A stretch of DNA of 64,000 nucleotides from the human T2T-CHM13v2.0 reference genome, Homo sapiens, in the NCBI RefSeq assembly GCF_009914755.1, contig NC_060927.1; one strand, 5' to 3'. A model generated the notes under the pieces. The model saw only the letters and a list, made by a program, of their open reading frames with translations. It made no database searches and was not told the origin of the DNA. Within the stretch, counting starts at the first letter, position 1; each line of letters begins with the position of its first letter. Below, in pieces: positions 44,198 through 61,399 of this stretch. The position numbers were made by a program, and so were the translations under genes.

Positions 44198-45436
44198 ACA
44201 TTAGCATACCAAGGGTGGAACCGTGGGAGTAGCTGCCCAAGGTATAAACAATAAAACGTCACACTGTATGTAGAGGATACAAAAACAGTAATAAAACTGA
44301 CTAAAAGTTGGTTTGCTTTTTATTATCACCAGACATTGGCCATGCTAAACAGTGTTATTGGTAACATATCCCTCCCCTCAAAAATCTTTCATTGGCCTAA
44401 CTTCTAGGCAATTTCTGTGGTTACTGTTGAGTCTTAAGAATAGATAGAATACATATGTAAAGCTTCAAATCCCTGTTATGTACTTGGCCTCAAACATCCA
44501 TGGACTCAGCTACACATGTTTGTTTCAAGAGTAAATTTATGAGGTTCTCAAAAATTCTCCCTAATTTCAGGTGTGGTTTACGTATGCAGCCATTGTGGTA
44601 CCACACATTTTTGTGCTTAAACAGGAGATTTAAAATAAACCATGATAGCTGAACGCAATTTTTCTTTTTTGAGATTAAAAAAACCACAAAAATATTTCCA
44701 AACAGTTAGAATCAGTTTTGAATAATGTACTCTGAAGATACATTAGCACCAGGCTTTAAAATTGTTCCTTGAAGTTTGGTGCACAGAAATTGTGGAGAAG
44801 CCCACGAACAACGCAATAACCATGAAAAATAAGGAAATAAATAATTCCATAGAAAAACATAATCAAATGTTGAAGAAGAGTGCCAGGAAAAATGATAAAA
44901 TGTGCTGGTCTTACAGTGCCAAGAAATCACAAGGGCAATATTTAAACACCTTGATTATTTTCACCAAGAACTAGACATTTACTCTACAGCAGAGGATCAA
45001 ATCATGTCAGTGTTCACTATTCAATCATTTGTTAAGTTTTAGTAGAAGAGGAACCTTCAGAGATTTTCTAAAATGTAATAGAAACTTACAATGAGTTTTC
45101 TGGCAAAAATATTTTAGTGGAAGTGTTTCAACTGCAGAGACATTTGAAATCCACTGAGGTCAATCCTGAAGAAACAAAGATGTGAACAATGGTACAATTT
45201 CTGGAATTTATTGTGAAATGTGATTTTTATTAATCTCTAATTTATCTTTATGCTTAAGACTTTTCTAAAATTTATCTGTTGCTTTGTGTTAAAGAAACTT
45301 TCAGAATTAAAATTAATAATGGGTTTTTACTGAACTGTGAGTGAAGATAGGTGGAGAAATCTGGCTATTTCTTTAACATGAATATGCAAATGTTGACAAA
45401 ATAACTGACATTTGCAGAAGTTAAAGCTCAAAATCA
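44198..45436. mobile_element. hAT-Tip100 (Zaphod/MER115-like) DNA transposon remnant; probably continues after 55236
   Basis: gcataccaagggtgg...aataaaactgactaaaagttggtttgctttttattatcacc matches the remembered Zaphod/MER115 terminus. Confidence 0.6.
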
Positions 45437-45751
45437 AGAAATGTAATGTTTTCAGAGGAAAATGGTAGATAGGATGCAGGACTAGCTTGCAGTTCTCACT
45501 CGGATAGACAGACCAGCATGTGGAGACCCACATCGTGAAATTTTGCTCCAAGAACCACCACAGGAATATACCAGGAAAGCCAAGAGAAGAGAATCCGCAA
45601 ACCCTTTGAAGGAGGTGGATTGCCACTGCAGGCTCCATGGGACAGCCGAGGAACTCCAAGGACAAAGGACATAATCTCTTAGGAGCTCTGTGGCCCAGCA
45701 CACCACCTGACCAAGGACAAGCTTGTATCCTCCCTATCCTACTGCAGCTGA

Positions 45752-48801
<3,050 letters not shown>

Positions 48802-51670
48802 GAAAGCACCACCTCCTGGCTGGAGACCAGCCAACACAAGACCAGTGCACTTAAGAAAAATACAACCAAGGACCCTCACAGAGTCCACTTCACTCCCCTG
48901 TCACCTCTACTGGAGCAGGTGCTGGTATCCACGGCCGACAGACCAGAAGATGAGTCACATAAAAAAACTCCTTGTAGACACTCTCCAGTACCAGCCTGGA
49001 GCCTGGTAGTTCTGCTGAGTGGCTAGATCCAGAAGAGAAATAACAATCACTGCAGTTTGGCTCTCAGGAAGCCCCATCCCTAGGGGAAGGGGGAGAGGAC
49101 CTCGTCAAGGGAGCACCCCTGTGGGGCAAAATAATCTGAACAGCAATCCTTGATTCTCAGATCTTCCCTCTGACCCAGTCTACCCAAATGAGAAGAAACC
49201 TGAAAAACAATTCTAGTAATATGATAAAACAAGGTTCTTTAACACCATCAAAAGATCACACTAGCTCACCAGCACTGGATCCAAACCAAGACAAAATCTC
49301 TGAATTGCTGGAGAAAAACTGCCAGGAAAAGAATTCACAAGGTCGATTATTAAGCTAATAAAGGAGGCACCAGAGAAAGGTGAAGTCTGACTTAAAGAAA
49401 TAAAAAAAAAAATGCAGGATATGAATGGAAAAGTCTCCAGTGAAATAGACAGCATAAATAAAAAACAATCACAACTTCTGAAGATGAAGGACACACTTAG
49501 AGAAATGCAAAATGCACTGGAAAGTCTCAGCAATAGAATCAAACAAGTAGAAGGCTTTCAAATTAACCCAATCCAACAAAGACAAAGAAAAAATAATTTT
49601 TTAAAATGTACAAAGCCTCCAAGAGTTTGTAATCCCTGACAAGAAGGGATTACATTAAATTACCAAATCTAACAATAATTGGTGTTCCCAAGGAAGAAGA
49701 GAAATCTAAAAGTTTGGAAAACATATCTGAGGGAATAATTGAGGAAAACATCCCCGGCCTTGCTAGAGATTTAGAGATCCAAATCCAAGACACTCAAAGA
49801 ACACCTGGGGAATTCATCACAAAAAAAATTACCGTCTCAGAACATAGTCATCAGATTATCTAAAGTTAAGACAAAGAAAAGAACCTTAAGAGCTGTGAGG
49901 CAAAAGCATCAGGTAACCTATAAAGGAAAATCTATCAGATTAACAGCAGATCTCTTAGCAGAAACCCTACAAGCTAGGAGGGATTGGGGTCTTATCTTTA
50001 GCCTCTTTAAACAAAATAATTATCAGCCAATAATTCTGTCTCCGGTGAAACTAAGCTTCATAAATGAGGGAAAGATACAGTCTTTTTCAGACAAGCAAGT
50101 GCTGAGAGAATTCACCACTACCAAGCCAGCACTACCAGAACTGCTAAAAGGAGCTCTAACAAATCCTCAAAATACACCAAAATATAATTTCCTTAAGGCA
50201 CAATTCTGACAGGACCTATATAATAATGACATGATGAAAAAAAGCAGAAGATATTCAGGCAACAAATTGCACAATGAACAGAATAGTACCTCACATCTCA
50301 ATACTAAGGTGAATGTAAATGGCCTAAATGCTCCACTTAAAAGATACAGAATGGCAGAAAGAATTCACCAACCAAGTATCTGCTGTCTTTAAGAGACTCA
50401 CCTGACACAGAAGGACTCACATAAACTTAAGGTAAAGGGGTGGAAAAAGATATTCCATGCAAATGGAAACCAAAAGTGAGCAGGAGCAGCTATTCTTATA
50501 TCAGACAATACAAACTTTAAAGCAACAGCAGTTAAAAAAAGACAAGGAGGGACATTATATAATGATAAAAGGACTAGTCCAACAGGAAAATATCACAATC
50601 CTAAATACATATGCACCTAACAGTGAAGCTCCCAAATTTATAAAATAATCACTCCTAGACCTAAGAAATGAGCAACACAATAATAGTGGGGGACTTCAAT
50701 ACTCCACTGACAGCACTAGACAGGTCATCAGGATAGAATGTCAACCAAGAAACAATGGACTTGAACTATACCTTAGAACAAATGAATTTAACAGATATTT
50801 ACAGAACATTCTACCCAACAACTGCAAAATATACATTCTATTCATCAGCACATGGAACATTCTCCAAGACAGTCCATATAATAGGCCACCAAACAAGTAT
50901 CAACAAATTTAAGAAAATCAAAATTATATCAAGTACTCTCTCAGACCACAGGGGAATAAAATTGGAAATCAACTCCAAACGGAACCCTCAAAACCATGCA
51001 AATACATGGAAATTAAATAACCTACTCCTGAATGATTGTTGGGTCAGCAATGAAATAAAGATAGAAATTAAAAAATTATTTGAACTGAACAATAATATTG
51101 ACACAACCTATCAAAACCTCTGGGATACAGCAAAAGTGGTGCTAAGAGGAAAGTTCATAGCATTAAATGCCTATGTCAAAAAGTCTGAAAAACCACAAAT
51201 ACAAAATGTAAGGTCACACCTCAAGAAACTACAGAAACAAGAACAAATCAGACACAAACCCAGCAGAAGAAAAGAAATAGCAAAGATCAGAGCACAATTA
51301 AATGAAATTGAAACAAAAAAATTACAAAAGATAGATGAAACAAAAAGCTGGTTCTTTGAAAAGATAAATAAAATTGATAGACCATTCATGAGACTAAACA
51401 AAACAAAACAAAACAAAACAAAGAGAGAAGGTCCAAATAAGCTCAATTAGAAATGCAATGGGAGATATTACAACTGACACCACAGCAATACAAAAGATCA
51501 CCCAAGCCTACTATAAGCACCTTTACGTGCATAAACTAGAAAACCTAGGGGAGATGGATAAATTCCTGGAAATATACATCCCTCCTACATTAAACCAGGA
51601 AGAAATAGAAACTCTGAACAGACAAATAACAAGCAGCGAGATTGAAATGGTAATTTAAAAACTGCCAACA

Positions 51671-52059
51671 CACATATACACCATGGAATACTATGCAGCC
51701 ATAAAAAATGATGAGTTCATGTCCTTTGTAGGGACATGGATGAAATTGGAAATCATCATTCTCAGTAAACTATCACAAGAACAAAAAACCAAACACCGCA
51801 TATTCTCACTCATAGGTGGGAATTGAACAATGAGATCACATGGACACAGGAAGGGGAATATCACACTCTGGGGACTGTTGTGGGGTGGGGGGAGGGGGGA
51901 AGGATAGCATCGGGAGATATACCTAACGCTAGATGACGAGTTAGTGGGTGCAGCGCACCAGCATGGCACATGTATACATATGTAACTAACCTGTACAATG
52001 TGCACATGTACCCTAAAACTTAAAGTATAATAAAAAAATAAATAAATAAAAATAAAAAT
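51671..52059 (+). mobile_element. Young L1 (L1PA2/3-like) ~390-bp 3' fragment nested in L1PB ORF2
   Basis: TSD aaaaactgccaaca at 51657-51670 and 52060-52073 at a TT/AAAA site; GAG/A diagnostics. Confidence 0.93.
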
Positions 52060-53314
52060 AAAAACTGCCAACAAAAAAAGTCCAGGACCAGATGGATTCA
52101 CAGCTGAATTCTATCAGACATTCAAAGAAGAATTGGTACCAATCCTATTGACACTATTGCAAAAGATATAGAAAGAGGGAATCCTCCCTAAATCATTCTA
52201 TGAAGCCAGTATCACCCTAATACCAAAACCAGGAAAGGACGTAACAAAAAAGAAAACTACAGACCAATATCCCTGATGAACATACATGCAAAAATCCTCA
52301 ACAAAATACTAGCTAAGAGAATCCAACAATGTATCAAAAAGATAATCCACCATGATCAAGTGAGTTTCATACCAAGAATGCAGGGATGCTTTAACATATG
52401 CAACTCAAAAATGTGATACACCACATAAACAGAATTAAAAACAAAAACCTCATGATCATCTCAATAGATGCAGAAAAAGCATTTGACAAAATCCAGCATT
52501 CCTTTATGATTAAAACCCTCAGCAAAATCAGCATACAAGGGACTTACCTCAATGTAATAAAACCATCTATGACAAGCCCACAGCCAACATTATATGGAAT
52601 GGGGAAAGGATGAAGGCATTCCCCCGAGAACTGAAACAAGACAAAGATGCCCATTTTCACCACTTCTATTCAACATAATACTGTAAGTCCTAGCCAGAGC
52701 CATCAGACAAGAGAATTAGATAAAGGGCATCCAAATAGGTAAAGAGGAAGTCAAACTGTCATGTTTGCTGATGATATGATTATATACCAAGAAAACCCTA
52801 AAGACTCATCTAAAAATCTCCTTGAACTGGTAATGACTTCAGCAAAGTTTCAGGATATAAAATTAATGTGCACAAATCAGTAGCTCTGCTATACACCAAG
52901 AGTGACCAAGCTGAGAATCTGACCCCTTGAACTCAACCCTTTTTACAATGGCTGCAAAAAAATTAAAATACTTTGGAATATACTTAATCAAGGAAGTAGA
53001 AGACCTCTACAAGAAAAATCACAAAACCACTGAAAGAAATCATAGATGATACAAACAAATGGAAACATATCCCATGCTCATGGATGGGTAGAATCAATAT
53101 TGTAAAAATGATCATATTGCCAAAAGCAATCTACAAATTCAATGCAATTTTCATCAAAATACCACCATCATTCTTCACAGAGCTACAAAAAAAATCCTAA
53201 AATTCACATGCAACCAAAAAAGAGCCCACATAGCCAAAGCAAGCCTAAGCAAAGGAACAAATCTGGAGGCATCACATTACCTGATTTCAAACTATACTAT
53301 AGGGCTATTGTCAC

Positions 53315-53770
53315 TGTTAATACCGAGTGTCAACTTGATTGGATTGAAGGATGCAAAGTATTCATTCTGGTTGTGTCTGTGATGGTGTTGCCAAAGGAGA
53401 TTAACATTTGAGTCAGTGGGCTGGGAAAGGCAAACCCACCCTTAATATGGGTGGACACCATCTAATCAGCTACCAGCACAGCTAGAATATAAAGCAGGCA
53501 GAAAAACACGAAAAGACTAGGAGAGCCTAGCCTCCCAGCCTACATCTTCCTCCTGTGCTGGATGCTTCCTGCCCTCGAACATCGGACTCCAAGTTCTTCA
53601 GTTTTGGGACTGGGACTGGCTTTCCTTGCTCCTCAGCTTGCAAACGGCCTATTGTGGGACCTTGTGATCGTGTGAGTTAACACTTAATAAACTCCCCTTC
53701 AACCCCTCAGAGTTCTCTCTCTACATATATCCTATGAGTTCTGTCCCTCTAGAGAACTCTGACTAACACA
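53315..53770 (+). mobile_element. MLT2A (HERV-L) solo LTR nested in L1PB ORF2
   Basis: gttaataccgagtgtcaacttgattggattgaaggatgcaaag...ctagagaactctgactaacaca; TG..CA ends; 5-bp TSD gtcac at 53310-53314 and 53771-53775. Confidence 0.9.
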
Positions 53771-56700
53771 GTCACCAAAACAGTATGGTATTGATATAAA
53801 AATAGGCATACAGACCAATGGAACAGAATAGAGAACTCAGAAATAAAGCCAAATAACTTCCAGCTAACTGATCTTCGACAAAGCAAACAAAAACATAAAG
53901 TGGGGAAAGGACACCCTATTCAACAAACAGTGCTGGGATAACTGGCCAGCCACATGTAGAAGAATGAAACTGGATCCTCATCTCCCACCTTATATAAAAA
54001 TCAACTCAAGATGGATCAGAGACTTAAATCTAAGACCTGAAACCATAAAAATTCTAGAAGATAACTTTGGAGAGACCCTTCTAGCCATTGGCTTAGATAA
54101 AGACGTCATGACCAACAACTCAAAAGCAAATGCAACAAAAACAAAGATAAAATAGATGGGACTTAATTAAACCAAAAAGCTTCTGCACAGCAAAAGAAAT
54201 AATCAGCAGAGTTAACAGACAGCTTTTTCTCTCTCACATAGAGTGGGAGAAAAGCTTTGCAATCTATACATCTGACAAAGGACTAATATTCAGAATCTAC
54301 GAGGACCTCAAACAAATTAGCAGGAACAAAACAGACAATCCCATCAAAAAGTGGGTTAAAGACATGAATAGACAATTCTCAAAAGAAGATATACCAATGG
54401 CCAACAAATATGAAAAAATGCTCAGCATCACTAATTATTATGAAAATGCAAATCAAAACCACAATGTGATACCATCTTACTCCTGCAAGAATGGCCATAA
54501 TCAAAAAACAAAAAAAAATAGATGTTGGTGTGGATGTGGTGAAAAGGGAACACTTTGACACTGTTGGTGGGAATGTAAACTAGTACAACCACTATGGAAA
54601 ACAGTGTGGAGATTCCTTAAAGAACTAAAAGCAGATCTACGGTTTGATCTAGCAATCCCACAACTGTGTATCTACCCAGAGGAAAAGAAGTCATTATACG
54701 AAAAAGATACTTGCATACAGATGTTTATAGCAGCACAATTCGTAATTGCAAAAATATGGAACCAGCCCAAATTCCCATCAATCAAGGAGTGGATCAAGAA
54801 AATGTGGTATATATACAATACATATATAATATACATACATACATACATATCATGGATACTACTCAGCCATAAAAAGGGATGAAATGATTGCATTTGCAGC
54901 AACCTGGATGGAACTGGAGACCATTTTTCTAAGTGAAGTAACTCAGGAATGGAAAACCAAACATCGTATGTTCTCACTCCTGTGTGGGAGCTAAGCTATG
55001 AGGACACAAAGACATAAGAATGATACAATAGACTTCGGAGACTTGGGGGAAAGAGTGGGAGGAGGGTGAGGGATAAAAGACTTCACATTGGGCTCAGTGT
55101 ACACTGCTTGGATAATGAGTGCCAAATCTCAGAAATCACCACCAAAGAACTTATACATGTAACCAAACACGACCTGTTCCCCAAAAAACAACTGAAATAT
55201 AAAAATATTTTTAAAATAGAAATATAATGTTTTCATTACTGAGATAAAGTTGGTAATTTTTTTCTTTTTTCAAAAATCAGATTGATATAATTTTAAAACA
55301 ATAATTATTTTTCCTTTTTGTAATACAATATTTGTTTAATTTTTTTAATTTTTTGGCATAATTATACATATATAATACAATAATAGAAACATTCTCAGTC
55401 TGCATTTCTTTTCTTATCTTCATTATGATTAGTTTCATTCCATGATTATTACTGAAAATTTTTTTGCAGTATAGAGGAGGACAGGGTGTTATAAAACCAG
55501 TAAAAAGACACCCAAATGGTTTCAAACAGCTAGAATTGGCCTTGAACAGTGTAATCTGAAGCACTGAGCTTTAAAATTGTTCCTTGAAGGTTGGCGCACA
55601 GAAATTGTGACACTATTGGGCACATGTCAGCATGTATCAGCTCTAGAACTACCACGGACAGAAAGAGAAAAGTGGGTGACCAAAGGATCCATAAATGATT
55701 GAATGAACCATTTACAGTTTCACTGCACCAGCCATGTGCACTTAGACATGCATAGCTTAATCTTTCTGACAAGCCCATTTCTTTCATTTACATTTCCCTG
55801 ACTACAGGAAAGCTGAGCATCTTTTCATGTTTTTGGACATCTGACTACCTGGTAGAATTCATTCAATCCTCTCTGGGATGGTGACACCCAGCCTGCTTGG
55901 ATCAGGAATCTCTTTGAAAATATGATGAAGCCTATGGATTTGTTTCTGAGCAAACGGCCTACATTTTCATTGGTACAGACCCTCGCACCCAAGTTCAGGG
56001 GACTCAGAAACCACCCCTTCCTCATTCTACAGATACAGAAACTCAGGCCTATGATCTTGGACTAAAATAGAGCAAGCCCCACACCGTTTGAGACTTGTTT
56101 TTCTCATTTGCAGAAAAGAACAATCACACTTAACCTCATAGGATGAATGTAAGGATTAAATGAGTTAATGTCTGAGCATACAGTCTGGACAACAGAGTTT
56201 CTTAAAGTTTGAGTTGATTTCCAATATTTAAAAGTGAAAAGATCTCACACTTTTTGAAAAATCCACATTTTTTGGCTTCTCTTAGAAAGGCAGAAACCAG
56301 CAATCCTGTGCTCACCTTGTCAGGAGCTAGCAATGGGCTGGGCTGGGAAAACTGCTGTTTCCAGACGCAGGCTTGATTTGCAGATCCCCACTGTTCTCAG
56401 CTCTCCTCATGTTGCCTGGCAATAGTGTTGACCACTGTTTATTCTTTTCCAAGTAGAGGGGCTTTTACTTTATCTGCCAGGCCAGGAAGGTCTTTGGGCT
56501 GGGACTCCTGTGCATGACACTGGTCAAGTCAGTCACACGAAGGTGATAAGGCTAGAAAAGGATTGAGATGGTGCTATCTTTCTCTGGGAGATTTGCATTC
56601 TGTCATTTAAGGAAGAACCTTCCCATAATCCTGTCACCCTGATCATGAAAAATCCTAGTAATTATTTGAGAACTCTTTTTGCAATCTAGTCAAAGGACTA

Positions 56701-57414
56701 AAGGTGAAATTGCAGTTGCTTTTACCTCTAAACTGTTTGGCAATTCAGTCGATTTCTCTCTATCTCCACTGTCACAACCCTAGTTCAAGCCACCATCACC
56801 TGCCCAGATTCTCATGAGACCAAGAAAAAGCATTCAAATAACTTTTTGTGTCTTCATTTCCTTTAGATCATACTTGTTTTTAATAAACTCTCAAATTTTA
56901 TACGTAATAAAGTCATAATTGCTGATTATTTTTCTGTTGCCTCTTTTTCATTTCAGGAATGCAAGGGGCATGAAGACAAATCATTGTACAGAAGGGGTGA
57001 GGGGTGAGGGTTTGGCTGAGCTACAGTGATATTTGTCAACAAATTAGTAACCTGAAGTCAAACATTGTGGGTACTAACTTCTCAGAGAAAAGGTTTGTAT
57101 GAGCAGCAAGGAGAATACGAAGAGGAGCTTGGATAGGGATTTCCCAAAGTTTGGAGCTGATATTCTCTAAACACCAGTCTTGGGAATTATGAACTTGCAA
57201 TTTTGAAATCCAACTACTGAAAAGCCCAGCTTAACCACCATGAACAGAAAAGAAACTATGCAAAGCTGGCTGTCTTAGGAGCACACACATGGTTAGCAGG
57301 CTGACAGCATCCTCTGTCTTCTGTGCCTGCAAGGTAGCACATTCCTCTCCATGCATTTTCTTCTATTTTAATCAGGCAGCATACGGCCTTGGTAAACCCC
57401 CACAGGTATCTCTT

Positions 57415-57742
57415 CTCTTCTCTTTTTTCTCTCTCTCTTTCTTTCTTTTTTTTGATGGAGTCTCACTCTGACACCCAGGCTGGAGTGCAGTGGCACCATC
57501 TCGGCTCACTGCAAGCTCCGCCTCCCGGGTTCATGCCATTCTCCTCTTCGGTCTCCTGAGCAGCTGGGACTACAGGCACCCGCCACCATGCCCGGCTAAT
57601 TTTTTTTTTTTTTTTTGTATTTTTAATAGAGATGGGGTTTCACTGTGTTAGCCAGGATGGTCTCGATCTCCTGACCTCGTGATCTGCCCGCCTTGGCCTC
57701 CCAAAGTGCTGGGATTACAGGTGTGAGCCACTGCACCTGGCC
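57415..57742 (-). mobile_element. AluY
   Basis: cactgcaagctccgcctcccgggttcatgccattctc Y diagnostics; TSD acaggtatc(t/c)ctt flanks. Confidence 0.93.
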
Positions 57743-57984
57743 ACAGGTATCCCTTTCTGAGGCAAACTTCTGCAATGCCCAAGTCTTGTTTAGTGTCACT
57801 GGATGCTTAGCAACACTTTGATAAATAGGAATGTCCCAGTACTTCTTCAAGTGGGGTTCATACATATGACAGCATGCCCTGGGGTGCTGGCTGAAAATTC
57901 AAATAACCTAAGTCTCAGGCCAGACCTCCTAAATCAGAGTCTCCAAGGGTAGGTTTGGGGACCCTGTATTTTAAACCAATCAGA

Positions 57985-58945
57985 TCCTGTATCCTCCACA
58001 CTTAAAATCCTCCTATTGCTTCCCATTGTTTTTAGAAAACAACAACAACCCAAACTCTGCATGTTTCCATGTCCTATGAGGTCCTACATGGTCTAGACCC
58101 TGCCTGTTTATCTCCCATGAGGCTGCCCCTCCACCTCTGGGCTCATAACCCAAATGGCCTCTTGTCTGTCTGTCATGGCAAGCTCTCTTCTTCTGCAGGA
58201 CCTTTGCACATGCTCTTACCCCTGCCAGAAATGATTTCTTCTTTCCATTTCACCTGGCTAACAACAAATCATCATTTAGTTAAGTCTCAACTCAGAAGTC
58301 TCCTGCTGGGTCATATCTCTCATTACTGCTTCTCATAATATTTGTCCCCTATTCACTGGCATGAATAAATTCCAGTAGCAAGATCTCAAAACTGCAATTA
58401 AAAAAAATGTATCATAGCGGGAACACTTAACATGAGATCCACCCTCTTAACAAATGTTTTTAAAATGTACAATACAGTGCTGTTAATTCATACTATATAC
58501 TTCTCAATGGTGGGCCAATGTCTATGTCTTCTTCCACTAAATCCACAAAGCTTAAATAATGCTTGGCAAATAGTAAGTGCTCAATTCATATTGAGTAAAA
58601 GAAATGGTGTTTCCCAGTGTGATATCATCCAGTGTCATGACTTTAAGGCCCATCTACTAGTTGGTGACTCCTAAATTTATACCTTCAACTGTAACCTCAA
58701 AATGTCTAAAATTAAACTCTTGATCCAATGTTCACCATCTCAGAAAACGGTTTCATCATTCACCCAGTTGCTTAGGGTCCAAAACTTGTTGTCATCCTTA
58801 ACCTTTCTCTCACCACATATTTGATCCATCAGCAACTCCTACAGCTTCCTTTCAAAATATTTTCAGAAACCCTCTGGTTCTCCCCTGCTCCCCTGCTACC
58901 AGGTGCAAATCATTACCACCTCTCAACAAAACTTACTTCTGTAGT
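57985..58945 (+). mobile_element. L2 fragments
   Basis: cttaaaatcctcctattgcttcccattg; gcttggcaaatagtaagtgctcaat; cattcacccagttgctt...gtcatcctt. Confidence 0.55.
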
Positions 58946-58971
58946 CCTTTTTAGAGGGAAACGCTTGGGTT

Positions 58972-59395
58972 TGTGGAAATAAATGAAGACCACTCTAATG
59001 AAAATCAACAGAAACTATGTATTCAGAGTTGGCTATAGCAAGAGAGTTAGCCTCCATTCCTTTTGGTTGGCACAGACTCAAAGGCAAGCAATGCAGTGTG
59101 AATGATTTATAGTATGAAAAGGGAAGGCTTCATGTTTGCTAGATTGGAAGTTGTTGGTATGGGGAAGCAGGAAATGGGCTAACTAGAAGCAAGGCATCCT
59201 ATGTGATTGGGCTGGGGAACATATTTGATTTTCTCTGGTTGGTCCTGAGTTGGAAGCTGGCCAAGTTGTGACCATTTTAGACCAATTGCTGCAGAGGTGG
59301 TTTGGCTTTCTGGACTGGTTGCTGCTGAGTTTGTGGATCAGAGTTCTATTTTTAAATGGTGTGGCCACCCTCTGTTTGTTTATTTCATCTCTCAG
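58972..59395. mobile_element. ERV LTR-like element, family uncertain
   Basis: tatgtattcagagttggctatagcaag...gctagattggaag...gtgattgggc LTR-like motifs; from recall only. Confidence 0.4.
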
Positions 59396-59742
59396 GTTGA
59401 TGGGATCTTCTACGGCCACTTGGGTGTTCTCCCTTCAGTGGGTATCAGAGAATCTTTGCCATAAATTTTGGGCATGGGGTAGTGGACAGGTAAGGTCATG
59501 CTGAGGCATGTGGGTACTAATGCAGTAAGGCTAATAACTTAGTACCCTTTTAAATAGCCTTAAGATATACATTCAGATGATAGCTGGGGGATTGAGGGAG
59601 AGGTAAGGGCAGAGATGGGGAATGCTGGAGGCAGGGCTCAGTCTCACACTTAGTGTTCCCAAACAGTTCAGCTTTGGTCCTTAAGTCCTGAGTTTCCAGG
59701 GCCCACCTTCCTTAGAAGAAATCAAGTGTTTCTTGAGGGAGA

Positions 59743-60235
59743 GTGCAACAAAATGGCTACAAATTCCTCCCATCCCAATATGCATGCTCCTTTGCCACTC
59801 CTTCCACCAACAGGTGGAGTCTGTTTCCTCCCCCTCTGAATATGGGCTAGCTTTGTGACATGCTTTGACCAACATAAAATGGCAGAAGTGTTGTTTATCA
59901 ACTGTTGAGACTGGGCTTTAAGAGACACTGCATGTTTTACTTGGTACAATGCCCAGAGAACAACATGTAAGAAAGACAGTCTGGCTCCAGGACTACAAGC
60001 AACCATGTGGAGAACTGAGATGCCCCAGCCAACAGCCACCACCAATTGTCAGACATGCAAAGGAAGCCATCTTGGCCTCAAAACCCAACCAAACCAGCTG
60101 ATACAGCCACAAGAGTGAGCCCCAGTAAAACTAGAAGAGAAACTGTCCAGTCAAACCACAGAATCATGAGAAATAATGGATTATTGATGCTTTGAACCAC
60201 TAAGTTTTGGGTGGTTTGTTATGTGACAAAAGACA
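59743..60235. mobile_element. MLT1 (F/G/H-like) LTR
   Basis: aaaatggctacaaattcctcc...tgctttgaccaac...atggcagaagtg...ccactaagttttgggtggtttgtta. Confidence 0.7.
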
Positions 60236-60827
60236 ATTTTAAAGCATTTCTAAAGTATACCCTTTGAGACTCAAACATCAAAGAAATATCAGAGTATTTC
60301 TTTCTATCATATTTTACCTTCTCTCTGAGAGGAGTTCTAGTAAATATGTTCTTCCTACCTAGATACATAGTTATTAGCTAGATGTACTGTCCAAGTGGCC
60401 CCAACCCTTAATCTAGTTGTAGGGAAACGATGGTAGGTCTAGTGTTCAAAAGAACTGCTTTGCTTCAGGAAACTCCCTCAGAATCACAGAATTGGTCCAG
60501 CTAGTCATTGTCTTCCCCAAGAAGGGGCAGATTCTACAGGCAGAAGAGTACAGACTTGGAAAAACTAGCTTCTCCTGGTGCAGAGAGTAAGGGCTCTCAC
60601 CTACAGGGCATGCTTGACCGTGTGCTGGACTCTGAAGAGACAGGCCAACAAAGCCCCACTCTGCCTGAGGATTTCCCAGCCTTCTATGAGGAGTGTGGCT
60701 CCTTACTTGGTCCCTGCGGACTTCATTTTGGCCTCTTCTTTCCCCAAGGCTTACAAACTTCCCTGGGAAGGGAGGCTGCTGTCTATTTCCTTGTGTTCTA
60801 ACTTCATCCAATCTCTGTGTGAGGAAT

Positions 60828-61399
60828 CTGTGGTGGTTTCAAAGCATGTCTGCAAATTCTTTGACACTCCTTTTTGCAAGAGGTGGACTTTAGTTTCCCT
60901 CCCCTTGCATACAGGCCAACCTTAATGATTCATTTTTAATGAATAGAATGTAGCAAAAGTGATGCTGTGTGATTTTCAAGTTTAGATCATGAAAAGTGAT
61001 AGAGCTTTTGCCTGGGTCTCTCTTTGGAACATGCACCTTTTGTTCTCTCAGCTGTCATGCAAGAAATAGGTCCACTCTGAAGCTGCTATACTGGGGGACC
61101 AGAGGCAGAGCCCATGTCGAGAGAGCACAGATGTCTGAGCAGCCCCAGCCGTTCCAGCTCCCAGCTACTTGAGTCTACCTAACCCAGGCATTGGACAAGT
61201 GGATGAAGAAGACTTTGAGATGACCCCAGCCCCAGCCACCATCTGAATACAAACAAATGCATGAGAGACCCCAAGTAAGAACCACCTAGCTGAGCTTAGT
61301 CAGACCTCAGACCTGTGAAAGATCTAATAATAGATGGCAGTTGCTGTTTACACTACTAAGTTTGGGCTACTTTGTTATACAGCAATAGATAACTGCTAC
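60828..61399. mobile_element. MLT1 (G/H-like) LTR
   Basis: tgtggtggtttcaaagcatgtctgcaaattctttgacactcct...tttgttatacagcaatagataactgctaca. Confidence 0.75.

Noticed and set aside
59250-59504. Hydrophobic 84-aa ORF as a membrane micropeptide
   Set aside because: Non-ATG start, overlaps an LTR-like repeat, no supporting gene structure.
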